Assembly: GCA_038883655.1 (NCBI GenBank)
Contig: JAVZLQ010000001.1
Coordinates: forward strand, 1-64,000
DNA length: 64,000 nucleotides
Reading direction: 5' to 3'
Source: Candidatus Bathyarchaeia archaeon
GTDB lineage: Archaea; Thermoproteota; Bathyarchaeia; Bathyarchaeales; Bathycorpusculaceae
Numbering within the stretch: the stretch's first letter is position 1; the number at the start of each line of letters is the position of its first letter. The translations under genes were made by a program, and so were the position numbers. A model generated the notes under the pieces. That model searched no databases, was not told the origin of the DNA, and saw only the letters and a list, made by a program, of their open reading frames with translations. Positions 8,883-18,439 of the stretch are shown here, piece after piece.

Positions 8883-10514
8883 ATGCCTACTGAGGCGCAG
8901 CCCAAAGTGGAAGAAAAAATAATTGGGCACGGCACATGGTACGACAAAATGGCAGTTGAAATAATCAAACGCGAGCAAAAACTTGGCAGAAGCCTAGACA
9001 TGCTCAGAACAGAGATGGGTATAGCTGCCTCAGGTTTTCCACATATAGGCAACCTAAGCGACGCCGCAAGGTCTTTTGCCATAACGCTAGCCCTCAGAGA
9101 GCAAGGCTACAAATCGGAATTAATAGCCTTCGCAGACGATAAAGATGGACTGCGGAAGGTGCCAGCGGGCATGCCTAAATTCCTAGAAGAGCATCTTGGA
9201 CGCCCAGTCACGGACATCCCCGACATCTATGGATGCCACAGAAGCTACGGCGAACACATGACCTTGCTTTTGCTGGATGCCATGGACGAGTGTGGAATAG
9301 AATACAAGTTTATGTCTGGAACGGAGGTTTACAGAAGAGGCTTGTTCAACGAAGAAATTAAAACCATACTTCTAAACGCGAAACGAGTCGGCGAAATAGT
9401 CAAAGAAGAGGTCGGACAAGAAAAGTTCCTTGAAGCATTACCGTACTTTGCTGTCTGCGAAAACTGCGGACGCATCTACACAACAAAGGCCTACGAGTTT
9501 CTCCCGAAGGAAGATAAGGTTCTTTACGTTTGCGAGGGAATGGAAGTAAAGGGGCGATGGCTTGAGGGATGCGGACATAAAGGCGAAGTAGATTACCGCA
9601 AGGGCGAAGGCAAACTGAGCTGGAAAGGCGAATTTGCGGTTCGTTGGAAAGCATTAGACATTAGATTTGAAGCTTTTGGCAAGGAAGTTGCGGATTCTGT
9701 GCGTGTAAATGACCGTATATGTCGAGAAATTCTCGATTATGAACCTCCCGTACACGCAAAATACGAGTTGTTTTTGGACAAGAGTGGAAAGAGACTCTCG
9801 AAATCCGCTGGGGTGATCTTCACCCCGCAAACATGGTTCAAGTATGGCTCACCACAATCGCTGATGTTGCTTATGCTAAAAAGATTTGTTGGTTCACGCA
9901 CACTAGACGTGACAGACATACCATCATACATGAACGAAATGGATTACTTAGAAGACCTATACTTCGGAAAGAAAACGCTGACAGACAAGAAGGAACTAGC
10001 CAAGCTTCGAGGCTTATACAAATACTGCTGGGCAATGAAGCCTCCGCAAAAGCCTGGAATAACCGTGCCCTATAACTTGCTAACTTTCCTAGCCAAAGTA
10101 GCGCCAAAAGGACGTGAAGAGGAATTCATCATGGAAAAGCTTCGAAGCTACGGCTATTTACAACGCGGACAAGAACCAGACGAGAAATTGAGGAAACGAA
10201 TTGAATACGCATTTAACTGGATAAAGGACTTCGAGGAAATAAAGGAAACGGCAGTAACGTTGACCCTGCAAGAGAAGGAAGCGCTAAAAGAACTAATCGA
10301 AACCATCAGAAGCGAAGAAAAAGCCGAAACAATACAAAACGCAATATTCAACATAGCCAAAAAACACGGCATACACCCACCAGACTTCTTCAAAACATTA
10401 TACACCGTGCTGATAGGCGTACCACAAGGACCAAGACTAGGACCATACATAACCACAATGGGAAAACAAAACGTCATAAACGCACTAGAACGCGCAATAA
10501 ACACCAAAAACTAA
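8883..10514 (+). CDS. lysS: Lysyl-tRNA synthetase, class I
   Basis: SGFPHIGN, DGLRKVP, GKLSWK, RLSKS (KMSKS-like), GPRLG. Confidence 0.96.
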   Translation: MPTEAQPKVEEKIIGHGTWYDKMAVEIIKREQKLGRSLDMLRTEMGIAASGFPHIGNLSDAARSFAITLALREQGYKSELIAFADDKDGLRKVPAGMPKFLEEHLGRPVTDIPDIYGCHRSYGEHMTLLLLDAMDECGIEYKFMSGTEVYRRGLFNEEIKTILLNAKRVGEIVKEEVGQEKFLEALPYFAVCENCGRIYTTKAYEFLPKEDKVLYVCEGMEVKGRWLEGCGHKGEVDYRKGEGKLSWKGEFAVRWKALDIRFEAFGKEVADSVRVNDRICREILDYEPPVHAKYELFLDKSGKRLSKSAGVIFTPQTWFKYGSPQSLMLLMLKRFVGSRTLDVTDIPSYMNEMDYLEDLYFGKKTLTDKKELAKLRGLYKYCWAMKPPQKPGITVPYNLLTFLAKVAPKGREEEFIMEKLRSYGYLQRGQEPDEKLRKRIEYAFNWIKDFEEIKETAVTLTLQEKEALKELIETIRSEEKAETIQNAIFNIAKKHGIHPPDFFKTLYTVLIGVPQGPRLGPYITTMGKQNVINALERAINTKN

Positions 10515-10563
10515 ACCCTTTTATCCACAAAACCAGAAAAGGTTCCTAACAAACGCGCAAAAA

Positions 10564-10642
10564 GGGCCCGTAGTCTAGCATGGATTAGGACGCTGGCCTG
10601 CGGAGCCGGAGATCCTGGGTTCAAATCCCAGCGGGCCCGCCA
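10564..10642 (+). tRNA. tRNA-Arg(GCG)
   Basis: GGGCCCG acceptor, anticodon loop CTGCGGA, GGTTCAAATCC, encoded CCA. Confidence 0.96.
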
Positions 10643-10670
10643 AAACAAAGCGCTTTAGTAGATAATTGTA

Positions 10671-10765
10671 TGGGCCGGGCCGGAGTTGAACCGGCGACCT
10701 CAGCCTCGTAAGGGCTGCTTTAGGCTTATTTCGCAAGTGTCCTAACCAGGCTAGACGACCGGCCC
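10671..10765 (-). tRNA. tRNA-Val(TAC) with a 20-nt intron at position 25/26 (10719-10738)
   Basis: Removing ACTTGCGAAATAAGCCTAAA gives a canonical cloverleaf with CAGCC-CTTACGA-GGCTG. BHB-like motif: TAGG/CCTA helix with AC^A and AA^G bulges. Confidence 0.92.
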
Positions 10766-10871
10766 ATCTGCACTTATTTAGAAGGGGTTTTCTGTTCTAT
10801 TAAAGTTTGGCGGGTTGGGAATAGATATTAATGTGTTTAAAGCAAAATAAGCGCGATTGGTGGTTTAGGGT

Positions 10872-11945
10872 TTGAAGAGGGTATTGGTTACTGGTGCTGG
10901 TGGACCTGCTGGCGTGAATTTTGTCATGTCACTTAGGCTTGCACCTGAAAAGATGCGAATAGTTGGGACGGAAGCGAGTGAGTATTATCTTTATTTGGCT
11001 CCTGTTGATTCACGTTTTCTAGTTCCAAGAGCATCTGATGCCGCTTACATTGATAGGCTAAACGAGATTATAAGGAAGGAGAAAATCGGTTTTGTGCATG
11101 CACAGCCAGACGTGGAAGTTGCAGTAATATCCGAGAAACGCGAAGAGCTTAACGCAGTCACCTTCCTGCCTTCGAAGGACGCTGTGCGCAAGTGTCAAGA
11201 TAAACTGGAATCAGCGAAAATATGGCAGAAAAAAAGCGTGCCAGTTGCACGAGTCATGGAATTGCGTAGCGAATCTGACATTGATAGGGCTTTTGAAGAG
11301 TTTGGCAGTCCAGTATGGATTAGGGCTAGATACGGCGCGGGCGGAAGGGGAAGCACACCAGCATACAATAAAGAAACAGCCTTGGCTTGGATTAGCTATT
11401 GGAAATCTCGCAAAATGGACTGGGAATTCATCGCCCAAGAATACTTGCCTGGAAGAAATTTTGGTTTTCATAGCCTCTGGCTGGACGGCGAACTGATTGT
11501 TTCTATGGCTAGAGAACGTGTCGAATATATTTATCCGAACCTTGCGCCTTCCGGTGTTACTGGCACACCTTCTGTCCAGAGAACAATTCATAACGAGGCT
11601 GTAAACGAAATCGGAACGAAGGCAGTTTTGGCGATAGACAAAAACTTCAGCGGAATTGCATGTGTGGATTTGAAAGAAAATAAAGAGGGTATGCCGTGCG
11701 TTACAGAGATAAACGCTGGAAGGATGTTTACAACATCGTTTTTCTTTTCATACGCGAGCAAAGTGTTGCGCCACGATTATTGCGCTAATATACCATACTT
11801 GTACGTGAAACTTGCCTATAATGAGGAAGTTCCAAGAGTCCCAAAGTACAACGTCTTGCCCGAAAACGTGTACTGGATACGCCATATTGATGCACCTGCC
11901 AAGCTTGTTAAGGATGGCAAGGTTCTTGGCCAAATGTACCAGTAA
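10872..11945 (+). CDS. ATP-grasp ligase (carbamoyl-phosphate-synthase-like, glycan-locus type)
   Basis: VLVTGAGG N-domain, CQDK, GAGGRG, QEYLPG, VDL, EINAGR. Confidence 0.85.
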   Translation: MKRVLVTGAGGPAGVNFVMSLRLAPEKMRIVGTEASEYYLYLAPVDSRFLVPRASDAAYIDRLNEIIRKEKIGFVHAQPDVEVAVISEKREELNAVTFLPSKDAVRKCQDKLESAKIWQKKSVPVARVMELRSESDIDRAFEEFGSPVWIRARYGAGGRGSTPAYNKETALAWISYWKSRKMDWEFIAQEYLPGRNFGFHSLWLDGELIVSMARERVEYIYPNLAPSGVTGTPSVQRTIHNEAVNEIGTKAVLAIDKNFSGIACVDLKENKEGMPCVTEINAGRMFTTSFFFSYASKVLRHDYCANIPYLYVKLAYNEEVPRVPKYNVLPENVYWIRHIDAPAKLVKDGKVLGQMYQ

Positions 11946-12038
11946 GCATTCTCGTTTGTAATTGCGTAAAAGGCTTTTAGCAACAAAACTTTTAAATAAA
12001 CGTGAAATCGAGAAGCCCCTTCATAAGGAGGATAAACT

Positions 12039-12938
12039 TTGATACTTATCACCGGAAGTTCAGGGTTCATCGGGACAAACATGACACAATACTTTATCAG
12101 CAAGGGCGAAACGGTGATTGGCTTGGACCTCGCAAGTCCAATGGTGAATTTTCCCAAAAAATCTTTCACGTTTCATAAATGTGACTTAACAGATAGAGAC
12201 GCCGTATTAAACGCTTTCAAAAAGTTTAGCCCCAAATTTGTAATTCATTTGGCTTTTGTCACTCACCGCAAAGAAATCTACAGCGAATTCATGGATGATG
12301 CCAAAATAACTTTGAACATGCTGGATGCCGCATGTAAACAGCATGTTGAAAGGTTTATTCTCATGAGTAGCTCAACGGTTTATGGATTAAAAACAATCGA
12401 CAAGCCTGTCGATGAGAGTGAAAAGCCAAACCCGAAGGGAACTTATGGAAAGGCGAAGCTTATGGCTGAGTTGATGGCGAAACAATACTTTGAAGCTGAA
12501 AATCTTCCAGTAACAATATTTAGAGGTTTTGAAATTTATGGACCGAACCTGACGATTCCATCTATTGTTAGAAAGTTGTTAGACAGGGCGGTGAACAAGG
12601 AGCCCATGCAATTATACTGTTATGGAAAGCAAAAAACTGACTTCACCTATGTGGATGACCTTTGCCAAGCCATGGAAATAGTTCTACATGACAAGCGGGC
12701 TGTAGGCGAAACTTTCAATGTTGGTTCTGGAAAAGCGTACACTTACGAGGAGTTTGCAAAGGCCATTAGCAAGTTTTTGCCTTCAAAAGTTGAGTTGCTT
12801 CCGCCGAGACCAAACGAGCACCCGTTTTACCTATATTCAACAGTTGAGAAATTGAAGGCGCTTGGCTTCAACCCAAAATATGACATCTCAGAGGGTTTAA
12901 AGAAAACAATTGATTGGATGTTGGCGCAGCATGGTTGA
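12039..12938 (+). CDS. NAD-dependent NDP-sugar epimerase/dehydratase
   Basis: TGSSGFIG, SSSTVYG, YGKAK (YxxxK), DFTYVDD. Confidence 0.92.
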   Translation: MILITGSSGFIGTNMTQYFISKGETVIGLDLASPMVNFPKKSFTFHKCDLTDRDAVLNAFKKFSPKFVIHLAFVTHRKEIYSEFMDDAKITLNMLDAACKQHVERFILMSSSTVYGLKTIDKPVDESEKPNPKGTYGKAKLMAELMAKQYFEAENLPVTIFRGFEIYGPNLTIPSIVRKLLDRAVNKEPMQLYCYGKQKTDFTYVDDLCQAMEIVLHDKRAVGETFNVGSGKAYTYEEFAKAISKFLPSKVELLPPRPNEHPFYLYSTVEKLKALGFNPKYDISEGLKKTIDWMLAQHG

Positions 12939-13962
12939 CATTTGGCTTGACGCAGTAACACCGAAGGACTCGCTTCTAGTTTATGCGCTGTTGCCTGCGC
13001 TAAAAGAGAAAGGCTACGACGCTGTCGTGACCGCTAAAAAGCAGACACAAACAACGGATGTTTTGGAACTATTAGGCATACCTTACACTTGTGTTGGCAA
13101 ATATGGAGAAACGTTAAAAGAAAAGCTGGTGGAGGAACAGAAGCGGACTTTGGAGTTTGTAAAGCTTTTTGATAGAATAGGTTTGCCTAAGGTTTTGTGG
13201 ACTCATGGCGATGTTAGCGCTATCCGAACAGCTTTTGGTCTTCAAATTCCAATAGTGTACTCTAATGACACGCCCCATGCCGTTCATGTGGCTAGACTTG
13301 TTTGTCCGCTTGTTGATTGGCTTGTGGCTCCAGTTTGCTTTGGCAAATTATGGAGCAGGTTTGGGGTTCCAAAATCCAAAATAGTTCTGTATGATGGCGT
13401 TGAGGAAGTTGCGTGGCTGACAAAGCTTCCAGCGAAAAAACCAGACTTTTTAGAAGCGTTCAGCGGAAAAGAACGGATTATCCTATTTAGGAATGTCGAG
13501 TACAAGGCTAGCTACTGCAAAGATGTAAAGGTGGACGTTTGGAAACTCGTTGAAGAACTCTCAAAAATAGCCACAGTCATTTATCTTCCAAGATATGAAG
13601 AAGAAAAGGAGAAGCTAAAAGGCTTTAGAAATGTGATTGTTCCCGATAAACCATTATTGACATTTCAAATCTTGCCTTTTATCGATTTGGTTGTGGGAAG
13701 TGGGGGAACAATATGCCGCGAATCTGCACTTATGGGAATACCAACAATAAACTTTCACTTCTGGGACGCAATAGCAAAATACTTGTCCAGGAAAAGTTTT
13801 CCGATTTGTCAAATGGCAGACGTAGAGAGAATTATTAGTTTTGCTCAAAAAATCTTAAAGAATAAGCAAAAGGTTGATGTTAAACATGCCTTTAGACAGC
13901 TTGAGAACCCTGTTCCAGTGACTGTAAATTACATCACGGCATGCTTAAGAGATCGTGAATAA
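12931..13962 (+). CDS. DUF354 family protein (GT-B-like)
   Basis: IWLDAVTPK, VGKYG, NDTPHA, GSGGTICRESALMGIPT. Confidence 0.85.
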   Translation: MVDIWLDAVTPKDSLLVYALLPALKEKGYDAVVTAKKQTQTTDVLELLGIPYTCVGKYGETLKEKLVEEQKRTLEFVKLFDRIGLPKVLWTHGDVSAIRTAFGLQIPIVYSNDTPHAVHVARLVCPLVDWLVAPVCFGKLWSRFGVPKSKIVLYDGVEEVAWLTKLPAKKPDFLEAFSGKERIILFRNVEYKASYCKDVKVDVWKLVEELSKIATVIYLPRYEEEKEKLKGFRNVIVPDKPLLTFQILPFIDLVVGSGGTICRESALMGIPTINFHFWDAIAKYLSRKSFPICQMADVERIISFAQKILKNKQKVDVKHAFRQLENPVPVTVNYITACLRDRE

Positions 13963-14850
13963 TCATTCTGTTGATTCCAAAAAACCCTTTAGGTAATATA
14001 ATCTTATTAGTGGGTGGATGATGGTTATCGTGGGTTCTTTTGCTTTTATCGCCATAAATAATCCTGTGAACGGAGACATGATAAAACGAGATAATACTGT
14101 ATACTTTGTAACTGGTGGGGGCTTATTTGTTTCTGTTCTTATTCTCTTCCAGATTTCGTTTAGTTGAGTTGCATACCAGTATTGGTGCTGGAGTTCTTGC
14201 TTTAAGCCACTTCGTAAGTGTATGGATTGAACATTGTAGTCGACAACCCAGTGATACCCCGCTTGTTCGATTTTGTAAGCTAAAATTGTGTCGACTCCAG
14301 CGTTTACTTGCAATTTCGGGAAGCCTCCAATTGTCTTGATAATCCTTGTTTTGTAGATGGTATTGTCTAATGTTTTACCCAATGTGAAAGCTGCGCGTTC
14401 CCTTGCTCTAAGCCATGGCGCAAGCTCTGATTCGCCTCGATATTTTTTAGCCACATATTGTTGTAGTTTTTTTACGCCTCCTGGTTTGCTGGCGAAGCGC
14501 ATTCCAGAGGCTGCGGCGACTCTTGGGTTTTCAAGATAAGGCGGAATTTTTTCCCACCAGTCTCGGGCTAATAGTAGGTCTTGTTCAAAGCTTATGAAAT
14601 ATTCTGATGTGACGTGTTTCAACGCGGTGTTGGCGCCGTCGCTTATGCCTTTTCCCTCGTTAAAGGTAACTGTCCAACCAAACGATTTGGCTATTTCTCG
14701 CGTATTATCAGTGCTTCGGTCATCTACAATTATGCGCTGGTTAACCGCTTCGGCGGGTATAACTTCGCTTATACGTTTCAAGACAAGCGGCAATGTTTCG
14801 GCACCATTTTTCGTCCACATCACCAAGTCAACTTTGTAAGGCAAACTCAT
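13963..14850 (-). CDS. Glycosyltransferase family 2
   Basis: TKNGAETLP, IVDDRSTDNT, GISDGANTAL, FEQD (DxD-like). Confidence 0.85.
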   Translation of the reverse strand: MSLPYKVDLVMWTKNGAETLPLVLKRISEVIPAEAVNQRIIVDDRSTDNTREIAKSFGWTVTFNEGKGISDGANTALKHVTSEYFISFEQDLLLARDWWEKIPPYLENPRVAAASGMRFASKPGGVKKLQQYVAKKYRGESELAPWLRARERAAFTLGKTLDNTIYKTRIIKTIGGFPKLQVNAGVDTILAYKIEQAGYHWVVDYNVQSIHLRSGLKQELQHQYWYATQLNEIWKRIRTETNKPPPVTKYTVLSRFIMSPFTGLFMAIKAKEPTITIIHPLIRLYYLKGFLESTE

Positions 14851-14917
14851 CCCGGATGAATTTTATTTGAGTATTAAAATAATAGAGGACCGAGAGTTAT
14901 ATAAGGATTGGATATAA

Positions 14918-15898
14918 ATGCCAAAGGTAGCGCCACCAGTTACGGTTATTATTCTCAATTACAACGGTGCTTCTTACGTTAAACGATGTCTGGGATCTGT
15001 TTTGCGGAACAACTACCCCAATTTTGAGGTTTTGTTTATTGATAACAACTCTGCGGATGGCAGCGCTGATTTAGCTGAAAAGTTATTTGGTTCCAACCCA
15101 CGCCTAACAATCATCAGAAATGCTGAGAATCTAGGTTTTTCTGTTGGAAACAACATTGGGTTTGAAAGGTCAGAAGCGAAATACGTCATAGTTCTAAATA
15201 ACGACACTGAAGTCCAAGAGAACTTTATTGAAACGCTTGTCAGAGTTGCGGAGTCCGACGAATCAATAGGGAGCGTGGGATGCAAAATTGTACAGGCAAA
15301 CGGAAGCATTCGTTACGGACCAAAGTACACGGCGTATGGCTTTATAGTTCACGCCCGCCAAAGGCAGACATACGAAAAATTTACGGTTAATTTGGCAAAT
15401 TGTGGATGTGCAGTTCTCTATCGAAAATCAGTTATTGACAAAATAGGCGGTTATGACCCTCTTTTTTGGGCAGACTGGGAAGACCACGATTTGGGATATA
15501 GAATAAACTTGGCAGGGTATAAATCGGTTTACACTCCGGAAACTATGGTCCTCCATCTAGGCGGAGGACTCGCTTTAGGACTCAGCAAAGAGCGAAAAGT
15601 GCGCATATTCCGCAATAGATTGCTCACATACCTAAAAAATTATGAAACAAAAAACCTGCTTTTACGCTTTCCCATACTCTTTAGCTTAGCTGTGTTAAGA
15701 GAAGCCTTGTTAGTGATTAAGGACAAAGAAATGTTTCCGATTTTAAAAGGGATACCTGAATTCTTTAAAGCGATAAGACCAATACTAAAGGAGAGAAAAC
15801 GTATCCAGAAGCTTAGAAAGGTTTCAGACAAACAGATACTTCAAAATACAAAAATTCCCGAACACTTATCTATTGTAAAGGCAATAAAATTATCGTAA
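14918..15898 (+). CDS. Glycosyltransferase family 2 (rhamnosyltransferase-like)
   Basis: IILNYNG, DNNSADGS, NLGFSVGNN, LNNDT, WEDHDLGYR. Confidence 0.9.
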   Translation: MPKVAPPVTVIILNYNGASYVKRCLGSVLRNNYPNFEVLFIDNNSADGSADLAEKLFGSNPRLTIIRNAENLGFSVGNNIGFERSEAKYVIVLNNDTEVQENFIETLVRVAESDESIGSVGCKIVQANGSIRYGPKYTAYGFIVHARQRQTYEKFTVNLANCGCAVLYRKSVIDKIGGYDPLFWADWEDHDLGYRINLAGYKSVYTPETMVLHLGGGLALGLSKERKVRIFRNRLLTYLKNYETKNLLLRFPILFSLAVLREALLVIKDKEMFPILKGIPEFFKAIRPILKERKRIQKLRKVSDKQILQNTKIPEHLSIVKAIKLS

Positions 15899-15943
15899 AA
15901 CCTCTTTTATCAGTTTACGTCGCGTGCACTTTCTATTCGCTTC

Positions 15944-16461
15944 TTAGCAGTTTCTCTTCGCTTTAATTTCATATTCAAAGGGTATCCTAAAATGTTTTGT
16001 CAACCACTTGAAATACTTCGCTTTTCTACCACTTTCGAAAGTATGAAATAGGCATATCGTGTTTTTTATACACACGCCATTCCATCCTCTACATTTTAGG
16101 TACGCCAAAATTTTTCCGGTTCGATTAGCCACAAGTGTAGCCCTCTTTTCCTCGTCGATATAGCCATTCGTAAACTAGAAAAAGACATCAGGAACCATGG
16201 TTTAACATCTAACTCTGTTGGAAACTTAATAATCTCCTTTGAAGATACTTTTATCATTTCGTCTAAGGCTTTCCAAGGATTTTTTAAATGTTCAATAACA
16301 TGCGATGCCTTAACCACATCGAAACTTCGGTCCCTAAAAGGCAAATAATGTGCATCAGCCAAAACCGTAGGTTTAAAACGCCACGATAGAAATTCTTTCG
16401 AAACATCTGCACGCACATCGCCCCACAGATCTGAGCCACAGCCAATATTCAGCGATTTCAT
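15944..16461 (-). pseudogene. Small SAM methyltransferase (Methyltransf_11-like) with a 1-bp frameshift
   Basis: LNIGCGSD, ADAHYLPF, SHVIEHL. After LWLIEPEK the protein continues in another frame (ILAYLKCRGW...EYEIKAKRNC); the shift is at a 5-A run (16111-16115). Confidence 0.7.
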
Positions 16462-16856
16462 GATACCCTGATCATCAATAATAGAAGAGATATTCAATTT
16501 AAGCGTTCTAATTGTTTCTGCAGTTTTCAAGCAGAATAAAAATTGAACACAAAAGCGCTTGAAAGCTGTCCATTTTTGAAGCGTAAATTATTGTAATTAT
16601 TGTAAAAATGTTGCAACCATCTTATTCCTTTTGCCATTATGGTTTTGTAATAGTTACAAGTTTCCTCCTTTGACAACGCAAGGTAAACCAGACAGAGCGC
16701 TAAAAACACATCATAAACAAATTAAATACTTCAATTAATTATCGTGCAAGACTGTACCGCGTACAGTTTCTTTAATGTTAAGCCGGTTTGTTATGTAATG
16801 TAAAATACTTTTCTAGCTAAGAAAAATAATAAATGAGTTTGGCTTAACATTACCTT

Positions 16857-17915
16857 ATGAAAGCTTTGGTTTTAAGTGGTGGTAAGGGTACTAGGCTTAG
16901 ACCTTTAACTTTCACTACGGCAAAGCAGCTAATACCAGTTGCCAACAAGCCAATTTTAGGTTATGTGCTGGATCACGTTGCCAAAACTGGAATTAGGGAT
17001 GTTGGCATAATAATTGCGCCTGAAACTGGACAAGACGTCAGAAACTATGTTAGGAATGGCGCTGCGTGGAACATTAACGTCACTTATATTCCTCAAGAGC
17101 CTCTGGGACTGGCGCACGCTGTTAAAACAGCGCAAAATTTCCTCGGCGAAGACAGTTTCATAATGTGCCTGGGCGACAACCTCATAGGAAAGGGGTTCAA
17201 CGCGCTCCTCAAAAAGTTTGAAAGCGAAAAATTGGATGCACTTGTACTTTTAAAAGAGGTTGAAGATCCAACGCGCTTCGGCATAGCAGTGCTTGACAGC
17301 AAAAACAACATCGTCAAACTAATCGAAAAACCGAAGACTCCCCCAAGCAATTTAGCGCTTGTAGGAGTCTACGTGTTCTCAAATAAGGTTCACAAGGCAA
17401 TTGAACGAATAAAGCCTTCGTGGCGCGGCGAACTCGAAATAACAGATGCCATCCAAGAAATGGTCAACATGGGATACCGCGTAAAAGCCGAAAAACTTGA
17501 CACGTGGTGGCTTGACACTGGAAAGAAAGACGATATATTATATGCAAACGCGAAAATCCTAGACGAGTACATTGTACAGAAAATTGATGGAGAAATAATG
17601 GAAAGCAAAGTTGAAGGGAGAGTCACCATAAGCGCGAACACAAAAATAATAAACAGCATCGTGAGGGGACCTACAATAATAGGCGAAAACTGCATCATAC
17701 AAAACTCTTTCATAGGACCATACACAAGCGTTGGAAACAACAGCCAAATAATAGAAAGCTCGATAGAATACAGCGTAATACTTGAAGGCTCAATGATAAA
17801 GGGTGTTGAAAGGCTGGAAGAAAGTTTGATAGGGCGAAACGCGAAAATTATAAAGAACCAAAAGCACAAAACCCTAAAACTCAACATAGGCGACTACTCA
17901 GAGGTAGAAATATGA
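16857..17915 (+). CDS. rmlA: Glucose-1-phosphate thymidylyltransferase (long form)
   Basis: GGKGTRLRPLT, KQLIPVANKP, EKP, RGELEITDA, WLDTG, C-terminal hexapeptide region. Confidence 0.95.
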   Translation: MKALVLSGGKGTRLRPLTFTTAKQLIPVANKPILGYVLDHVAKTGIRDVGIIIAPETGQDVRNYVRNGAAWNINVTYIPQEPLGLAHAVKTAQNFLGEDSFIMCLGDNLIGKGFNALLKKFESEKLDALVLLKEVEDPTRFGIAVLDSKNNIVKLIEKPKTPPSNLALVGVYVFSNKVHKAIERIKPSWRGELEITDAIQEMVNMGYRVKAEKLDTWWLDTGKKDDILYANAKILDEYIVQKIDGEIMESKVEGRVTISANTKIINSIVRGPTIIGENCIIQNSFIGPYTSVGNNSQIIESSIEYSVILEGSMIKGVERLEESLIGRNAKIIKNQKHKTLKLNIGDYSEVEI

Positions 17916-18427
17916 AAGAATATCCACTCAAAGGAGTCAAAGTCCAAGAAATAAACATAGTACCAGACGAGAGAGGATTCTTCGCAGAAGCCCTAAGACA
18001 AGACTGGAAAGAATTAACAGAAGAAGAATGGATCGTGCAAGCAAACATAAGCTACAGCTACCCAAACGTTGTCAGAGCGTGGCATAAGCACGAGAGAGGA
18101 CAAGTGGACTACTTTCTCGTCCTAAAAGGCGCTGTGAAAATCTGCGCTTACGAAGAAGAAACGGGAAAAATGATTGAAATCATAGCCAGCGAAGAAAAAC
18201 CATCCATAGTGCGTATACCAGGAAAATACCTTCATGGAACAAAAACAGTCAGCAGCACGCCATCCCTAACAGTGTACTTCGTCACGAAACTCTACGATTC
18301 AAAGAATCCAGACGAAATACGCAGACCGTGGAACGATCCAAACATAGTTCCAAAGGAAATAAATGGAAGAAAGGATGACCCAAGAGTTGGCAAACCTTGG
18401 GACTGGTTCCATCCGCCACACAAATAA
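17912..18427 (+). CDS. rmlC: dTDP-4-dehydrorhamnose 3,5-epimerase family
   Basis: DERGFFAE, VRAWHKH, IPGKYLHG; operon context. Confidence 0.9.
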   Translation: MKEYPLKGVKVQEINIVPDERGFFAEALRQDWKELTEEEWIVQANISYSYPNVVRAWHKHERGQVDYFLVLKGAVKICAYEEETGKMIEIIASEEKPSIVRIPGKYLHGTKTVSSTPSLTVYFVTKLYDSKNPDEIRRPWNDPNIVPKEINGRKDDPRVGKPWDWFHPPHK

Positions 18428-18439
18428 GAGGAACAAGCA

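Noticed and set aside
16527-16850. AT-rich gap with a 60-aa ORF
   Set aside because: No recognisable motif, repeat or RNA structure; probably a promoter region or decayed DNA
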